From a virus (lineage: Duplodnaviria; Caudoviricetes), in IMG/VR virus record IMGVR_UViG_3300030330_001955, positions 38,911 to 102,910 of that record: a stretch of DNA of 64,000 nucleotides. One strand, written 5' to 3'. This document shows, piece after piece, positions 18,901 through 27,896 of the stretch. Position 1 is the stretch's first letter. Every line of letters starts with the position of its first letter. A program made the position numbers and the translations under genes. Under the pieces are notes generated by a model. It saw only the letters and a list, made by a program, of their open reading frames with translations. It searched no databases and was not told the DNA's origin.

Positions 18901-21881
18901 CTGGCACTTACTTTTTTAGAGTCTATACTATTAGTATGCAGGGTAAAAAATCTGCACCTGCATTATTAACTAAAACTATCGACTTTGCTTCTCTAATGGA
19001 TATAGAAGGCACAGTTGGTAACGGGGATATGATAATCCCACTAACAGGTAGAATTAACTCAGAATTTAATATAAATACAAGTAGTGGTCTCGTTAGCTTT
19101 ACACCTTCTACTAATTTTACTTACACTAATAACATAGCAAATATAGAAATAAGTAGCCAAGCAAATCTAGACTTTAGCGGATTAGCAAATAGTGGAATAG
19201 GCTATGTTTACTTTGACCATTCAGTTGGTGGGACAAATAACTTCAAAGCAATAGCACATGATAGCACGTCCGACCAGTTCTTTCCTGTAGGTGGAAATGT
19301 TTTCCAAACAGGAACAGGAACTATAACTTCTGCAGGAAATACTAGAACACTTACAGGTAACGGTACAAACTGGAGTACTGCATTAAAGAAACATGACGTT
19401 CTTAAAATTACAAAAGATAGTGTAGATTACTATGTTAGAGTCGATGAAGTAGTAAGTGATACAAGTGTAATTCTTAGAAAAGTTTTAAGTCCAAGTTTAA
19501 CAAACAATGCTTATTCATTCCCTACTTTCTCAGTAGAATATGCTTCTGCAACAAGTGGTGGTATAAGAGATACTATCATGGGAGAGGTTACAAAATCATC
19601 TGATGGCAGTTCTTATAGCCTAGTACAATTTGGTACAAGTAGAGGGGAAGCAGGCTTTAGTGTATTTGGAACTAATGAATCTCATGGATTCACAGCACCA
19701 AATAATGGACAAATTAGTCAAAGTGATTATACCGCATATGTAAATGATTACACAGTTTCAAAAGGCTCAACCCAATATACATTTGCTTCTAGTGGCACAG
19801 CTGCAAATACTTATAATGTAACTGTATCTGCAGTTACAGGATTCTCAGGAACTAGTGCAGTTAATATTGGCACAAATAATAGTCAAGCAAGAATTACTAT
19901 TGATGATAACTCACTAGATAGTGTTACAGCTGCAACAGCTACTCTTTCTTTTACAGAAAACGCAACAGGAAATACAATTTCAACAAGAGTTCTTTCTTTT
20001 ACAAAACAAACTGCAGGTGCAGCTGGTGCTGATGGTGCTGATGGACAAGATGGGCAAGACGGAGCAGACGGTCAAGACGGCTCAGCTGGTGTAAGCGCAG
20101 CAGCAATAAAATTAGTTCCAAGTTCACAAGCTATACTATTTGACCAAGCAGGAAGTGAAAGCACAACTATTACTTTTACAACTGATGTTCAAAATGTTAC
20201 TTCACCAAACTATGAGTTTTTAGTTGATGATGTAAGTAAGCAAAATGGCACAACTGCTACATTTACTTTATCTGATAGTGATGAGCCAACAGTAGGAAAT
20301 CTTAAAAAAGTTTTAGTTAAAGTTAGAAGTGGCAGTACTTCAGGAACAGTACTAGCAAGAGACACAGTAACAATTTATGGTGTTAAAGAAGGTTCTGATG
20401 CATATACTGTAATTCTTTCTAATGATGCACATACTCTTCCAACTACAAATGCAGGAACAGTAACTTATACAGGCTCAGGAACAGATGTTAGAGTATTTAA
20501 AGGTAGTAGTGCACTAACACATACTACAGGAACACCATCAACAGGACAATTTAAAGCAGTAGCTCAATCAGCAACAAATATCGTAGCGGGTAGTAGAAGT
20601 ACTGTAACAAAAACAACTACAAATGATACAGCTAGATTTGCAAACGCAAGTAGTTGTAGTGCAGATACAGCAGAGATTGAGTTTAGTGTAAACTGTGAAA
20701 ATTTACAAACAATAATAAAATCACAAACATTCAGTAAATCTAAACAAGGTACAGATGGTCAAGATGGACAAGATGGTCAAGATGGACAAGATGGTCAAGA
20801 TGGTCAAGATGGAGAAGATGGAACAAATGGAGCTAATGGATTAAGAACCGTACAAGGCTACTTATACTATGAAAAGACAACTAGTGGAGCACCAGGAGCA
20901 CCAAGCGGAAATACTTATACTTTTTCTACTGGACTTGTAACAGGAAGTGGAATTAACGATAGTGGAACTACTAACTGTTGGAAAAACTCTCCAAGAACAC
21001 AAGACGCTACAAGCACAAATCAGTATTGGATAGTTAGATACTTTGGAACAGAAAGTTCTGCAAATGCTTCAACTATAAGTGTAACTTATAGCAATGTAAC
21101 ACAGCATGCTAGCTTTACTGGAGTTGTAACATTTAGTGGTGGTACTTTACAAGATAATAGCGGTAATTCATATGATACTTCTACAGCTATCACAGCAAGT
21201 CAAGTTATAAATCATATTGGGGGCGCAAATACAACCACAATTGATGGGGCTGTAATTACTACAGGAACACTAAATGCAAACAGAATAGTAGCAAATAGTA
21301 TTGATATTGCAGGTAAATCAATTGCAAATAGTTTAGGAGTCTTAAAAAGAACAATCACTGATAGTAGTGATATTTTTAATTATACTGAGTTAAATAGAAG
21401 TGCTTTTGATGGTAGAGTACAAGATGGCAATGGACCACCTCATATATCAAACACAAATTCTGGTCCAAGTAATACAACTTCTAATCCACAAATATTTGCA
21501 GGTACTTCTATACTAGGCAATAGTCCACTAATGACTTTACAATATACTACTCATAATTGGGGAAGTGGGACAAAGCCTTTTGTATTTGAATTTGTAGGAA
21601 CTGTAAACGGTTCTACTTCAGATGAAACAGAAACAGTAGTTGCACTTGTTGTTAGAGAAACAACTAGTGCTACAAACTATACAAGTAATAGTCCAAGTTC
21701 TTATAAAGCTAGTAGTAGAGAAAGTGCTAGTGGAAGCTCTTCTTTTGGAGTACAAAGACTAGTCGTAGAGTGTGAGTTATCACCAAATACTTCATACTAT
21801 GCTTGGCTATTTGTAGGAGGAGAACAAGGTATCACTAGACTATCTGATGCAACAATAGAAATAAGAGGATTAAATATATAA
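15897..21881 (+). CDS. Host-specificity central tail fibre (lambda gpJ-like)
   Basis: AIAEGPIKGL, YPYTA, NNPAW, YCDELV, GCTSRGQARRLGKW motifs; collagen-like linkers in the C-terminal third. Confidence 0.92.
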   Translation: MSKLIRIKGSGGGKGGGGETFEADDNLFSRQSAAFVDAIAEGPIKGLVYGDASIIVDEQRLRNVNQSTGLVSSKTNFKNFIMTTTKGEATQTPDPEFFSDFPSAAITEEKNSAVLLEGEPQFFTISSGTFEKQNADYLKVTISTNGMSAITKKGDNKGDIKETKVFFRIDLVFTNNSGATITRNKFNTGFVGKVGSKYAHTFGFNIENEKENEGVLDWAIKVTKLTSSPNSTETTEVSNDIFVDSIEATIADKLEYPYTAYVAGVIDAEQFSSIPSRGYEIDGKIISIPTNMFPCDYNGRKITVNSVSGISVGTVLSQTLTVSSITAAGNADDGFIATVTLSANHQVPSTETFEVTIAGVTNDTDFYNGTFTATSTGGTTFTYPLATPFNESTGEFKTLGSTTASGTKTAALFTGGIVDKIDGSTLYVRNVAAQKQIVGGLLTFPGGTTNVTNLSGQIFIPANYRRHVTTGVMQTTEQDWDGNFYESWCNNPAWVYNDLITDKIYGLGNYLGQTEVNKWELFQIGRYCDELVPAGVDAADFLALFTTDDSNYIPSGSTGTHEPRFSANLVINGKQEAYKVLNDIVGIFRGMTYWLNGEAFVVQDSEKDPVYQFTNANVINGTFAYEGTPLKTRINACQVTWNDPNDYYRQRVEHVELEETLQRDDEFVKPDSVTAFGCTSRGQARRLGKWRLLTNNLHTNTVTFSTGINAAFIKPGDIIQIVDQHKDGKSWGGRISSGSSTTAIKVDRKPTGFGDTSVESGYAVGDYRLTASFVGHIALLAQDTATIGGVNYVRGQEIPNIASEEAAAKQQDDSGDIVFIQWSAYTHTETRTLNAVSNSGKTLTVSQAFTTAPAEDQIWILSRPSLQTGKTKQEAKLFRVLAMVEEEVGKFEITGLEYNATKFDAVDKNEAISEYRTINLPNSFSTVPTVNNVHAFGTKEPRIGDNTYINVLNVNWDNAKNDDGSMYNFVRGYEVHYSKDNVKFINAGLFHGTEADIVGAITGTYFFRVYTISMQGKKSAPALLTKTIDFASLMDIEGTVGNGDMIIPLTGRINSEFNINTSSGLVSFTPSTNFTYTNNIANIEISSQANLDFSGLANSGIGYVYFDHSVGGTNNFKAIAHDSTSDQFFPVGGNVFQTGTGTITSAGNTRTLTGNGTNWSTALKKHDVLKITKDSVDYYVRVDEVVSDTSVILRKVLSPSLTNNAYSFPTFSVEYASATSGGIRDTIMGEVTKSSDGSSYSLVQFGTSRGEAGFSVFGTNESHGFTAPNNGQISQSDYTAYVNDYTVSKGSTQYTFASSGTAANTYNVTVSAVTGFSGTSAVNIGTNNSQARITIDDNSLDSVTAATATLSFTENATGNTISTRVLSFTKQTAGAAGADGADGQDGQDGADGQDGSAGVSAAAIKLVPSSQAILFDQAGSESTTITFTTDVQNVTSPNYEFLVDDVSKQNGTTATFTLSDSDEPTVGNLKKVLVKVRSGSTSGTVLARDTVTIYGVKEGSDAYTVILSNDAHTLPTTNAGTVTYTGSGTDVRVFKGSSALTHTTGTPSTGQFKAVAQSATNIVAGSRSTVTKTTTNDTARFANASSCSADTAEIEFSVNCENLQTIIKSQTFSKSKQGTDGQDGQDGQDGQDGQDGQDGEDGTNGANGLRTVQGYLYYEKTTSGAPGAPSGNTYTFSTGLVTGSGINDSGTTNCWKNSPRTQDATSTNQYWIVRYFGTESSANASTISVTYSNVTQHASFTGVVTFSGGTLQDNSGNSYDTSTAITASQVINHIGGANTTTIDGAVITTGTLNANRIVANSIDIAGKSIANSLGVLKRTITDSSDIFNYTELNRSAFDGRVQDGNGPPHISNTNSGPSNTTSNPQIFAGTSILGNSPLMTLQYTTHNWGSGTKPFVFEFVGTVNGSTSDETETVVALVVRETTSATNYTSNSPSSYKASSRESASGSSSFGVQRLVVECELSPNTSYYAWLFVGGEQGITRLSDATIEIRGLNI
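20016..20090 (+). repeat. Collagen-like G-x-D triplet repeat 1 in gpJ
   Basis: GAAGADGADGQDGQDGADGQDGSAG. Confidence 0.85.
20748..20840 (+). repeat. Collagen-like 9-bp tandem repeat 2 in gpJ
   Basis: (GGWCAAGAT)n encoding GTD(GQD)6GEDGTNGANG. Confidence 0.9.
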
Positions 21882-22129
21882 TGGTAACAAATTTAGAAAG
21901 ATGGCAAGTAATAAAAGAAAAACGAGATGCAAGATTATCTTCATGTGACTGGACTGCTCTTAGTGATGTAGACTTATCTACTTCGAAAAAAACAGAGTGG
22001 GCGACCTACAGGCAAGCATTAAGAGACATACCTAATAATTTAAGAGGACACTCTGATTATGTAAGTGACTCAGACACCAATCCTTTTGAAGATCTTGGTA
22101 CTTGGGGTTGGCCAACAAAACCAAGTTAA
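21881..22129 (+). CDS. Tail fibre assembly chaperone
   Basis: RD.RL..CDWT...D...W.TYRQALRDIP...WP.KP signature. Confidence 0.85.
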   Translation: MVTNLERWQVIKEKRDARLSSCDWTALSDVDLSTSKKTEWATYRQALRDIPNNLRGHSDYVSDSDTNPFEDLGTWGWPTKPS

Positions 22130-22220
22130 AAATATAACCATAAATTTTTGGTTGTATTTCCGAGAATTGTATAAGCAATGCTAGAGCAAACTAAAATAGC
22201 TGACGTTCCAAATTTAGTTC

Positions 22221-22249
22221 TTGACATTACCTATGATTTTTGCTATAAT
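22221..22249 (+). promoter_or_regulatory. Consensus sigma70 promoter heading the fibre operon
   Basis: TTGACA-17 nt-TATAAT, followed by SD aggag and ATG at 22274. Confidence 0.85.
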
Positions 22250-22273
22250 TTACAAATAGGAGTATAATTTTAA

Positions 22274-22612
22274 ATGGCAGCAGGAACTTACGATATAGTT
22301 ATAGACCAAGGAGCGGATTTCGCTATTGAAATAGCGATTACAGACGATAATGGTGTAGTGCAACTTGCAACTCATACAGCAAGGGCACAACTTCGTCCAT
22401 CTCCAACTTCTTCTACTAAAACAGCAGATTTTACTTGCACTATCGTAAACGCTTCTCAGGGCAAATTAAAAATGGCTTTGAGTAATTCGACTACTGCTAG
22501 TATCTCCTCAGGAAAGTATTACTATGATTTAGAATTAGTAAATACAGGTAATGGTACAGTAAATAGGTTACTGCAGGGTGTGGCTAGAGTCACTCCAGAA
22601 GTCACGAGATAA
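22274..22612 (+). CDS. Virion structural protein (BppU-N-like fibre attachment)
   Basis: IDQGADF...YYYDLEL...RLLQG...V.PEVTR pattern common in phage tail accessory proteins. Confidence 0.6.
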   Translation: MAAGTYDIVIDQGADFAIEIAITDDNGVVQLATHTARAQLRPSPTSSTKTADFTCTIVNASQGKLKMALSNSTTASISSGKYYYDLELVNTGNGTVNRLLQGVARVTPEVTR

Positions 22613-22740
22613 TGGACGTAACAGGTTTATGGAATGATTTATCTTATTTTGACGGAATAATATTTTCTGTCTGGATAGGTATTTTATATGTAGGTAAATC
22701 TTATATAGATGATTATTTCTGGCATAAAAAGGATAAGTAA
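22612..22740 (+). CDS. 42-aa single-TM protein (not in ORF track)
   Basis: MDVTGLWNDLSYFDGIIFSVWIGILYVGKSYIDDYFWHKKDK; TAATG-coupled at both ends. Confidence 0.7.
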   Translation: MDVTGLWNDLSYFDGIIFSVWIGILYVGKSYIDDYFWHKKDK

Positions 22741-23120
22741 TGGCAACTAAATTAACAATCACCCCGCAAACTACTTCATTAAGTACTACCAATCAGGTTA
22801 CTACTCTTACTATTTCTAGTGCAGTAGCTGGAGCAGCTACAGATGCAGCAGGTATTACTTTCGCAAACGCAGCTAGAACTTTATCTACTGCAAACAATGT
22901 TGAGGACGCCTTACTTCAATTGGCGGATCAATTCTTTGTACAAACAACTGCACCTACAGCTAGTACTACAAATCTAGCGGAGGGTGATTTATTTTATGAT
23001 ACTGACGATAATCAGTTAAAGATCTACCGTGAAACATCTACTGGGACGTTTGAATTCGTTCCAATAATGATTGGCAATAATTCAGCGAACTCAGATACGG
23101 TAGACGCAGGGAGCTTTTAA
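22740..23120 (+). CDS. Fibre adaptor protein
   Basis: QTTAP...EGDLFYDTDDNQLKIY motif; C-terminal TVDAGSF. Confidence 0.6.
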   Translation: MATKLTITPQTTSLSTTNQVTTLTISSAVAGAATDAAGITFANAARTLSTANNVEDALLQLADQFFVQTTAPTASTTNLAEGDLFYDTDDNQLKIYRETSTGTFEFVPIMIGNNSANSDTVDAGSF

Positions 23121-23139
23121 GCTCATATAGGGAATAATA

Positions 23140-24672
23140 ATGGCACAAGTAATTAAAATTAAAAGAAGTACCAGTACTTCCGCACCAGGTTCACTGGTAG
23201 CTGGTGAGTTAGCGTATTCTTCGGATAGTAATAAGCTATTTATTGGTCACCCTTCCTCAGAAGCTGTAACAGCTATCGGTGGTGCGTTGTATGTAAACAT
23301 GTTAGACCACTCTGCTGGAACACTAACAGCAAGTTCAGCTATTATAGTTGATACTAACAGTAAGATTGACCAATTAAAATCAGGTAATATAGTAGTTACT
23401 GGTTCAAGTAATACTATTTCTACATCTTCAGGTAATTTAACAATTGCACCAGCGGGTACATTAGTAGTTACTCATGGCGGTACAGTTGATTTATCTGGAC
23501 AAGCAAACTCACTAACATTACCAGACAACCAAGCGTCTGCGTTAGATATTAACGAAGGCGGCACTTCATATCTTAAATTTACAACTACAAACTCTGGAGA
23601 GAAAGTTGTTGTCGGTAAAGATATGGACACAGGAACAATCAATGTTACTAGCGGTAATTTATTAGTAGGAACAGATAAACTTACAGTAGCATCAGGTACA
23701 GGTAACACAGTAATAAAAGGTACTGCAAATATACAAGGAGCAGCAGACCTAGATTCTACACTTAATGTAGATGGAGCTACAACTCTTAATGGAGCTGTAA
23801 CTTTAGGTGACGCTTCAGCAGATGCAATTACAGTTAGTGGTACAGCAACTTTTACCCCATCAGCAGACTTTGATGGTGGCTTTTCAGTAGCAGGTTCACA
23901 GACTGTTGATATGGGCTCAAACAGAGTTCAGAATGTAGCAACTCCTACATCAAGTACTGATGCAGCAAACAAAGGTTATGTAGATAGTGTAAAACAAGCA
24001 CTAGATATCAAAGACTCCGTTAAATTAGGTACAACTGCAAACTTAAATGCAACTTACAATAATGGTAACGGAACACTTACAATGGACGCAACTGGAGTTG
24101 TGACTATTGACGGTGTAGCAACTGCTCTTAATGATAGAGTCTTAATTAAAGACCAAAGTAGCGCAGTTGAAAATGGTATCTATACTGTATCAACAGCAGG
24201 TGCTGTTGGTGTAGCAGGAGTATTTACAAGAGCCTCAGATGCTGACGCTAACTCTGAAGTTACAGGAGGTTTGTTTACCTTTATTGAAGCAGGTTCTGTT
24301 AATGCAGATAATGCTTTCGTTTTAACTTCAGTAACAGGAACAGCAACTCTTGGTACAAGTGCTCTAACATTTACTCAGTTCTCAGGAGCTGGTCAGGTTA
24401 CAGCAGGAAATGGTCTTGCTAAATCTGGTAATACTTTAAGTGTAAATGTAGACGATAAAACAATCGAACTAAGTTCAGATACTGCTAGAATCAAAGGAAT
24501 AACAGCAACTGCAAATGGTGATTTACTATTTGGAGCAAACGGTTCTAATGGAGGTTATTCAAGACTAGCAATCGGAACTTATGATTCAACAAACAGCGTA
24601 GGTCAATTACTTCAAGTTGGAGCATCTTCAACAGTAACTTGGTCTAATACATTAGATGGAGGCACATTCTAA
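23140..24672 (+). CDS. Tail fibre segment (Mtd-N-like N-terminus)
   Basis: IKIKRS...L..GELAY start, NVA.P....DAANK.YVD motif, C-terminal LDGGTF. Confidence 0.75.
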   Translation: MAQVIKIKRSTSTSAPGSLVAGELAYSSDSNKLFIGHPSSEAVTAIGGALYVNMLDHSAGTLTASSAIIVDTNSKIDQLKSGNIVVTGSSNTISTSSGNLTIAPAGTLVVTHGGTVDLSGQANSLTLPDNQASALDINEGGTSYLKFTTTNSGEKVVVGKDMDTGTINVTSGNLLVGTDKLTVASGTGNTVIKGTANIQGAADLDSTLNVDGATTLNGAVTLGDASADAITVSGTATFTPSADFDGGFSVAGSQTVDMGSNRVQNVATPTSSTDAANKGYVDSVKQALDIKDSVKLGTTANLNATYNNGNGTLTMDATGVVTIDGVATALNDRVLIKDQSSAVENGIYTVSTAGAVGVAGVFTRASDADANSEVTGGLFTFIEAGSVNADNAFVLTSVTGTATLGTSALTFTQFSGAGQVTAGNGLAKSGNTLSVNVDDKTIELSSDTARIKGITATANGDLLFGANGSNGGYSRLAIGTYDSTNSVGQLLQVGASSTVTWSNTLDGGTF

Positions 24673-24881
24673 TGTCACAGATTATAAAAATAAAGAGGTC
24701 AGAAACAGCTAGTGCCGAGCCAAGCTCTAGCGATTTAGCAACACACGAAATTGCTATGAATGTTTCTGATAAGAAAATCTTTACTAAGAAGGCAGATGGA
24801 ACTATCGTAACAGTTGCAAGCCATACAGAAGGACTTGCGACTGAAGACGATATTCTTGCACTTAGTATTGCACTAGGATAA
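24672..24881 (+). CDS. Short fibre adaptor (Mtd-N-like)
   Basis: N-terminus paralogous to the preceding gene (IIKIKRS...EIAMN); C-terminal LALSIALG. Confidence 0.6.
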   Translation: MSQIIKIKRSETASAEPSSSDLATHEIAMNVSDKKIFTKKADGTIVTVASHTEGLATEDDILALSIALG

Positions 24882-24885
24882 GATT

Positions 24886-25218
24886 ATGGCATCAGCATTT
24901 AAATCAGCAACATCAGCAAGTGTAGGTACTAGTTTAACAACTATATACACTTGCCCAAGTAGCACTACGGTAACTATCATAGGCTTGTATCTTTGTAACC
25001 AATCAGGTGGACAAATAGAAGCCTCATGTGAATTTTTTGACAATAGTGCGAATGCCCACGTAGGGCTTATATCTTCTGCACCAATTCCTAGTGGCTCCAC
25101 TTTAGTATTAGTAGGAGGCGACGGAAAAGTCGTATTAGAAGCAGGAGATATAATTAAAGTACAATCAAACGTTGCAAGCTCGATAGATGTAGTTCTATCG
25201 TATCTGGAGCAAACATAA
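24886..25218 (+). CDS. Small virion beta-sandwich protein
   Basis: MA..FK, IYTCP and KVVLEAGD...DVVLSYLE motifs, frequent in aquatic phage fibre modules. Confidence 0.6.
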   Translation: MASAFKSATSASVGTSLTTIYTCPSSTTVTIIGLYLCNQSGGQIEASCEFFDNSANAHVGLISSAPIPSGSTLVLVGGDGKVVLEAGDIIKVQSNVASSIDVVLSYLEQT

Positions 25219-27665
25219 TGGCACTCATAGGTAAACAATTAGCATTAGTTGCAACACTAGAAGCTAATGCAGTAGGTACTACTGAAATAGTATCTAATTC
25301 AATAACTGCTAGTGAAGTAGCTGCGAACGCTGTTGGGACTTCTGAAATTGCCGAAAATGCTGTTGGTACTTCAGAAATAGCAACAAATGCTGTTGGAGCT
25401 GCACAACTACAAGCTGCAGCGGTCACAGCAGTAGCAGATAACTCTATTGATGCAGCGGCTATAGCAGCAAACTCAGTAGACTCAAGTGAACTTGTAACAG
25501 GTTCTATTGATGCAATACATATTGGATCGGGACAAGTTACAGATGCAAAACTAGCAATAAATTCAGTAATCACAGCAAAAATAGCAGACGAAGCTGTAAC
25601 TACAGGTAAACTTGCAGATAACTCTGTTACTTCAGCAAAGATAGTAAATGGAACTATTGTAACAGCAGATCTTGCAGATAACTCCATTACTTCAGCAAAG
25701 ATAGTAAATGGAACTATTGTATCAGGAGATATCGCAGCAAATACAATAGCAACAGGAAACATAGCAGACAATGCAGTAAATGGTACAAAAATAGCATCAA
25801 ATAGTATTTTAACTAGACACATTGATGACGACCAGATTACTACTGACCAGATAGCAGCGAATACCATTGCTACTGGCAATATTGCAGACAATGCAATAGA
25901 TTCAACAAAGATAGCACAAAACTCTATCTTAACCAAACATATAGATGACGGACAAGTAGGAACAAGCCAACTAGCTGCCGATGCAGTTACAGGGGCAAAA
26001 TTAGCAGATGATTCTGTAGATTCAGAACATTTTGTAGACGGTAGTATAGATACCGCTCACCTTTCAGCAGACGCAGTAACAGCCGCTAAGTTAGCAGATA
26101 ACGCAGTTGTTACCGCAAATATTGTTGCAGGGAGTGTAGATACTACAGAAATAGCAGATAACGCGATTACTGCAAATAAAATTACTACTGGTGTTGTTGA
26201 CGCAACACATATTGCAGCAAATGCTGTATCAGCTGCTGAACTTAAATCAGATGCTCTTGGCGGTCAAACATTCACAGGTAATGTTACATTATCAGGAAAC
26301 TTAACAGTTAATGGTACTACAACTACATCTGCATCAACAAACACAGTTATTACAGATAAGTTAATCGAACTTGCTAATGGACAATCAGGTTCTCCATCAG
26401 GAGACTTAGGTATTGTTATGGAAAGAGGAAGTTCTAACAATGCTTTCATAGGATTTGATGAAAGTGAAGATAAGTTTAGAGTAGGTACTGGTACATTTAC
26501 AGGTTCTAGTACAGGTGACTTAACTATTACAACAGGAACTCTTTTAGCGAATGTTGAAGGTAACTTAACAGGTACAGCAAGTGCGATAGCAGATAACTCT
26601 GTTACTTCTGCTAAAATAGTAAATGGTACTATTGTATCAGCAGACATAGCTGCAAACACGATTGCCACAGGCAATGTAGCAGATAACGCTATAAATGCTA
26701 CTAAGATAGCAGCGAGTTCTATAACTAATAATGAACTTGCAAACAACTCAGTTACTTCAGCAAAAATAGTAAATGGAGCAGTTAACACAGTAGACTTAGC
26801 AGACGATGCAGTAACAGCAGCTAAATTAGCAGCCAACGCAGTCGTCTCTGGAAGTATTGCAAATGGAACTATTGTAACAGCAGACTTAGCTGATAACTCA
26901 GTTACTTCAGCAAAAATATCAGCAGGAACTATTGTAAATGGTGACTTAGCTAATAACTCTATCAATGCAAGTAAGATTGTAGCAGGAAGTGTTACAACAG
27001 CAGAGATAGCAGCAAACACAATTGCTACAAGTAACATTGCAGATAACGCAGTAGATAGTACAAAGATTGCTCAGAACTCTATATTAACAAAGCACATTGA
27101 TGATGGACAAGTTAATACTGCACAATTAGCAGGTAACTCTGTAACAGCCGCTAAAATACAAAATGATGCAGTTGGAGCTGACCAGATAGCAGCCAATGCT
27201 GTTTCAACTTCTGAACTCAAATCAGATGCTCTTAGTGGACAAGTTATGACAGGAGCAGTAGGATTTAGTGGTGTAGTAAATGCACAGAATACTCTAGGTA
27301 TTCAAGATAGTTCACCACCACAGAAGTTCCATATAGATGAAGTAGCTGGGCTAGATGTTAATAGCGGTACAAGTAGTTCAACAGCACAGTTCACACTAGA
27401 TTCATTTAGTGCATCAGTATTTAGAACTGCTAAGTATACAATATCTATAAAGAATACAACAGACTCTGATTATCAAGCATTAGAAATTTTAATGTTCCAC
27501 GATGGAACAACTGTATACTTAACACAGTACGCTTCTATTTTTGATAATGGAGCACAAGCAACTTTTGACGCAGACATAAGTGGTGGCAACGTAAGGTTAC
27601 GAGTCACTCCTGCTTCAACAGACAATATGACTTATAAAGTCATAAGGCAAACAATCGAGGTTTAA
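25218..27665 (+). CDS. Tail fibre with decapeptide repeats (xAVTxAKIAD-type)
   Basis: Two long arrays of 10-aa repeats (NSVTSAKIVN / GTIVTADLAD), each ending ELKSDAL; globular middle and C-terminal domains. Confidence 0.75.
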   Translation: MALIGKQLALVATLEANAVGTTEIVSNSITASEVAANAVGTSEIAENAVGTSEIATNAVGAAQLQAAAVTAVADNSIDAAAIAANSVDSSELVTGSIDAIHIGSGQVTDAKLAINSVITAKIADEAVTTGKLADNSVTSAKIVNGTIVTADLADNSITSAKIVNGTIVSGDIAANTIATGNIADNAVNGTKIASNSILTRHIDDDQITTDQIAANTIATGNIADNAIDSTKIAQNSILTKHIDDGQVGTSQLAADAVTGAKLADDSVDSEHFVDGSIDTAHLSADAVTAAKLADNAVVTANIVAGSVDTTEIADNAITANKITTGVVDATHIAANAVSAAELKSDALGGQTFTGNVTLSGNLTVNGTTTTSASTNTVITDKLIELANGQSGSPSGDLGIVMERGSSNNAFIGFDESEDKFRVGTGTFTGSSTGDLTITTGTLLANVEGNLTGTASAIADNSVTSAKIVNGTIVSADIAANTIATGNVADNAINATKIAASSITNNELANNSVTSAKIVNGAVNTVDLADDAVTAAKLAANAVVSGSIANGTIVTADLADNSVTSAKISAGTIVNGDLANNSINASKIVAGSVTTAEIAANTIATSNIADNAVDSTKIAQNSILTKHIDDGQVNTAQLAGNSVTAAKIQNDAVGADQIAANAVSTSELKSDALSGQVMTGAVGFSGVVNAQNTLGIQDSSPPQKFHIDEVAGLDVNSGTSSSTAQFTLDSFSASVFRTAKYTISIKNTTDSDYQALEILMFHDGTTVYLTQYASIFDNGAQATFDADISGGNVRLRVTPASTDNMTYKVIRQTIEV

Positions 27666-27666
27666 A

Positions 27667-27888
27667 ATGGGACAAAAATTAGATTTTAATATTGAAGAAG
27701 CTGGTATCAAGATTGATGGTGCTGATGTTATTGACGCAAGTAGAAACTTCGAAGGAAGTGTAGCATCAGATAGGCTTGGTAGTGGAACAATCGCAAAAGC
27801 AAGATTACCATTCACTATTTCTACAACTGCTCCCACAGGAGTAGGTAGTACTAATGATGGTCACATCTTCTTCGTATACTCAACATAG
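27667..27888 (+). CDS. Short fibre adaptor
   Basis: SGTI..ARLP and ISTTAP....DGHIFFVY trimer/adaptor-type motifs. Confidence 0.55.
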   Translation: MGQKLDFNIEEAGIKIDGADVIDASRNFEGSVASDRLGSGTIAKARLPFTISTTAPTGVGSTNDGHIFFVYST

Positions 27889-27896
27889 GAAGATAA

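Noticed and set aside
25154-27037. Long antisense ORFs (260 and 257 aa)
   Set aside because: Reverse-frame shadows of the decapeptide repeats.
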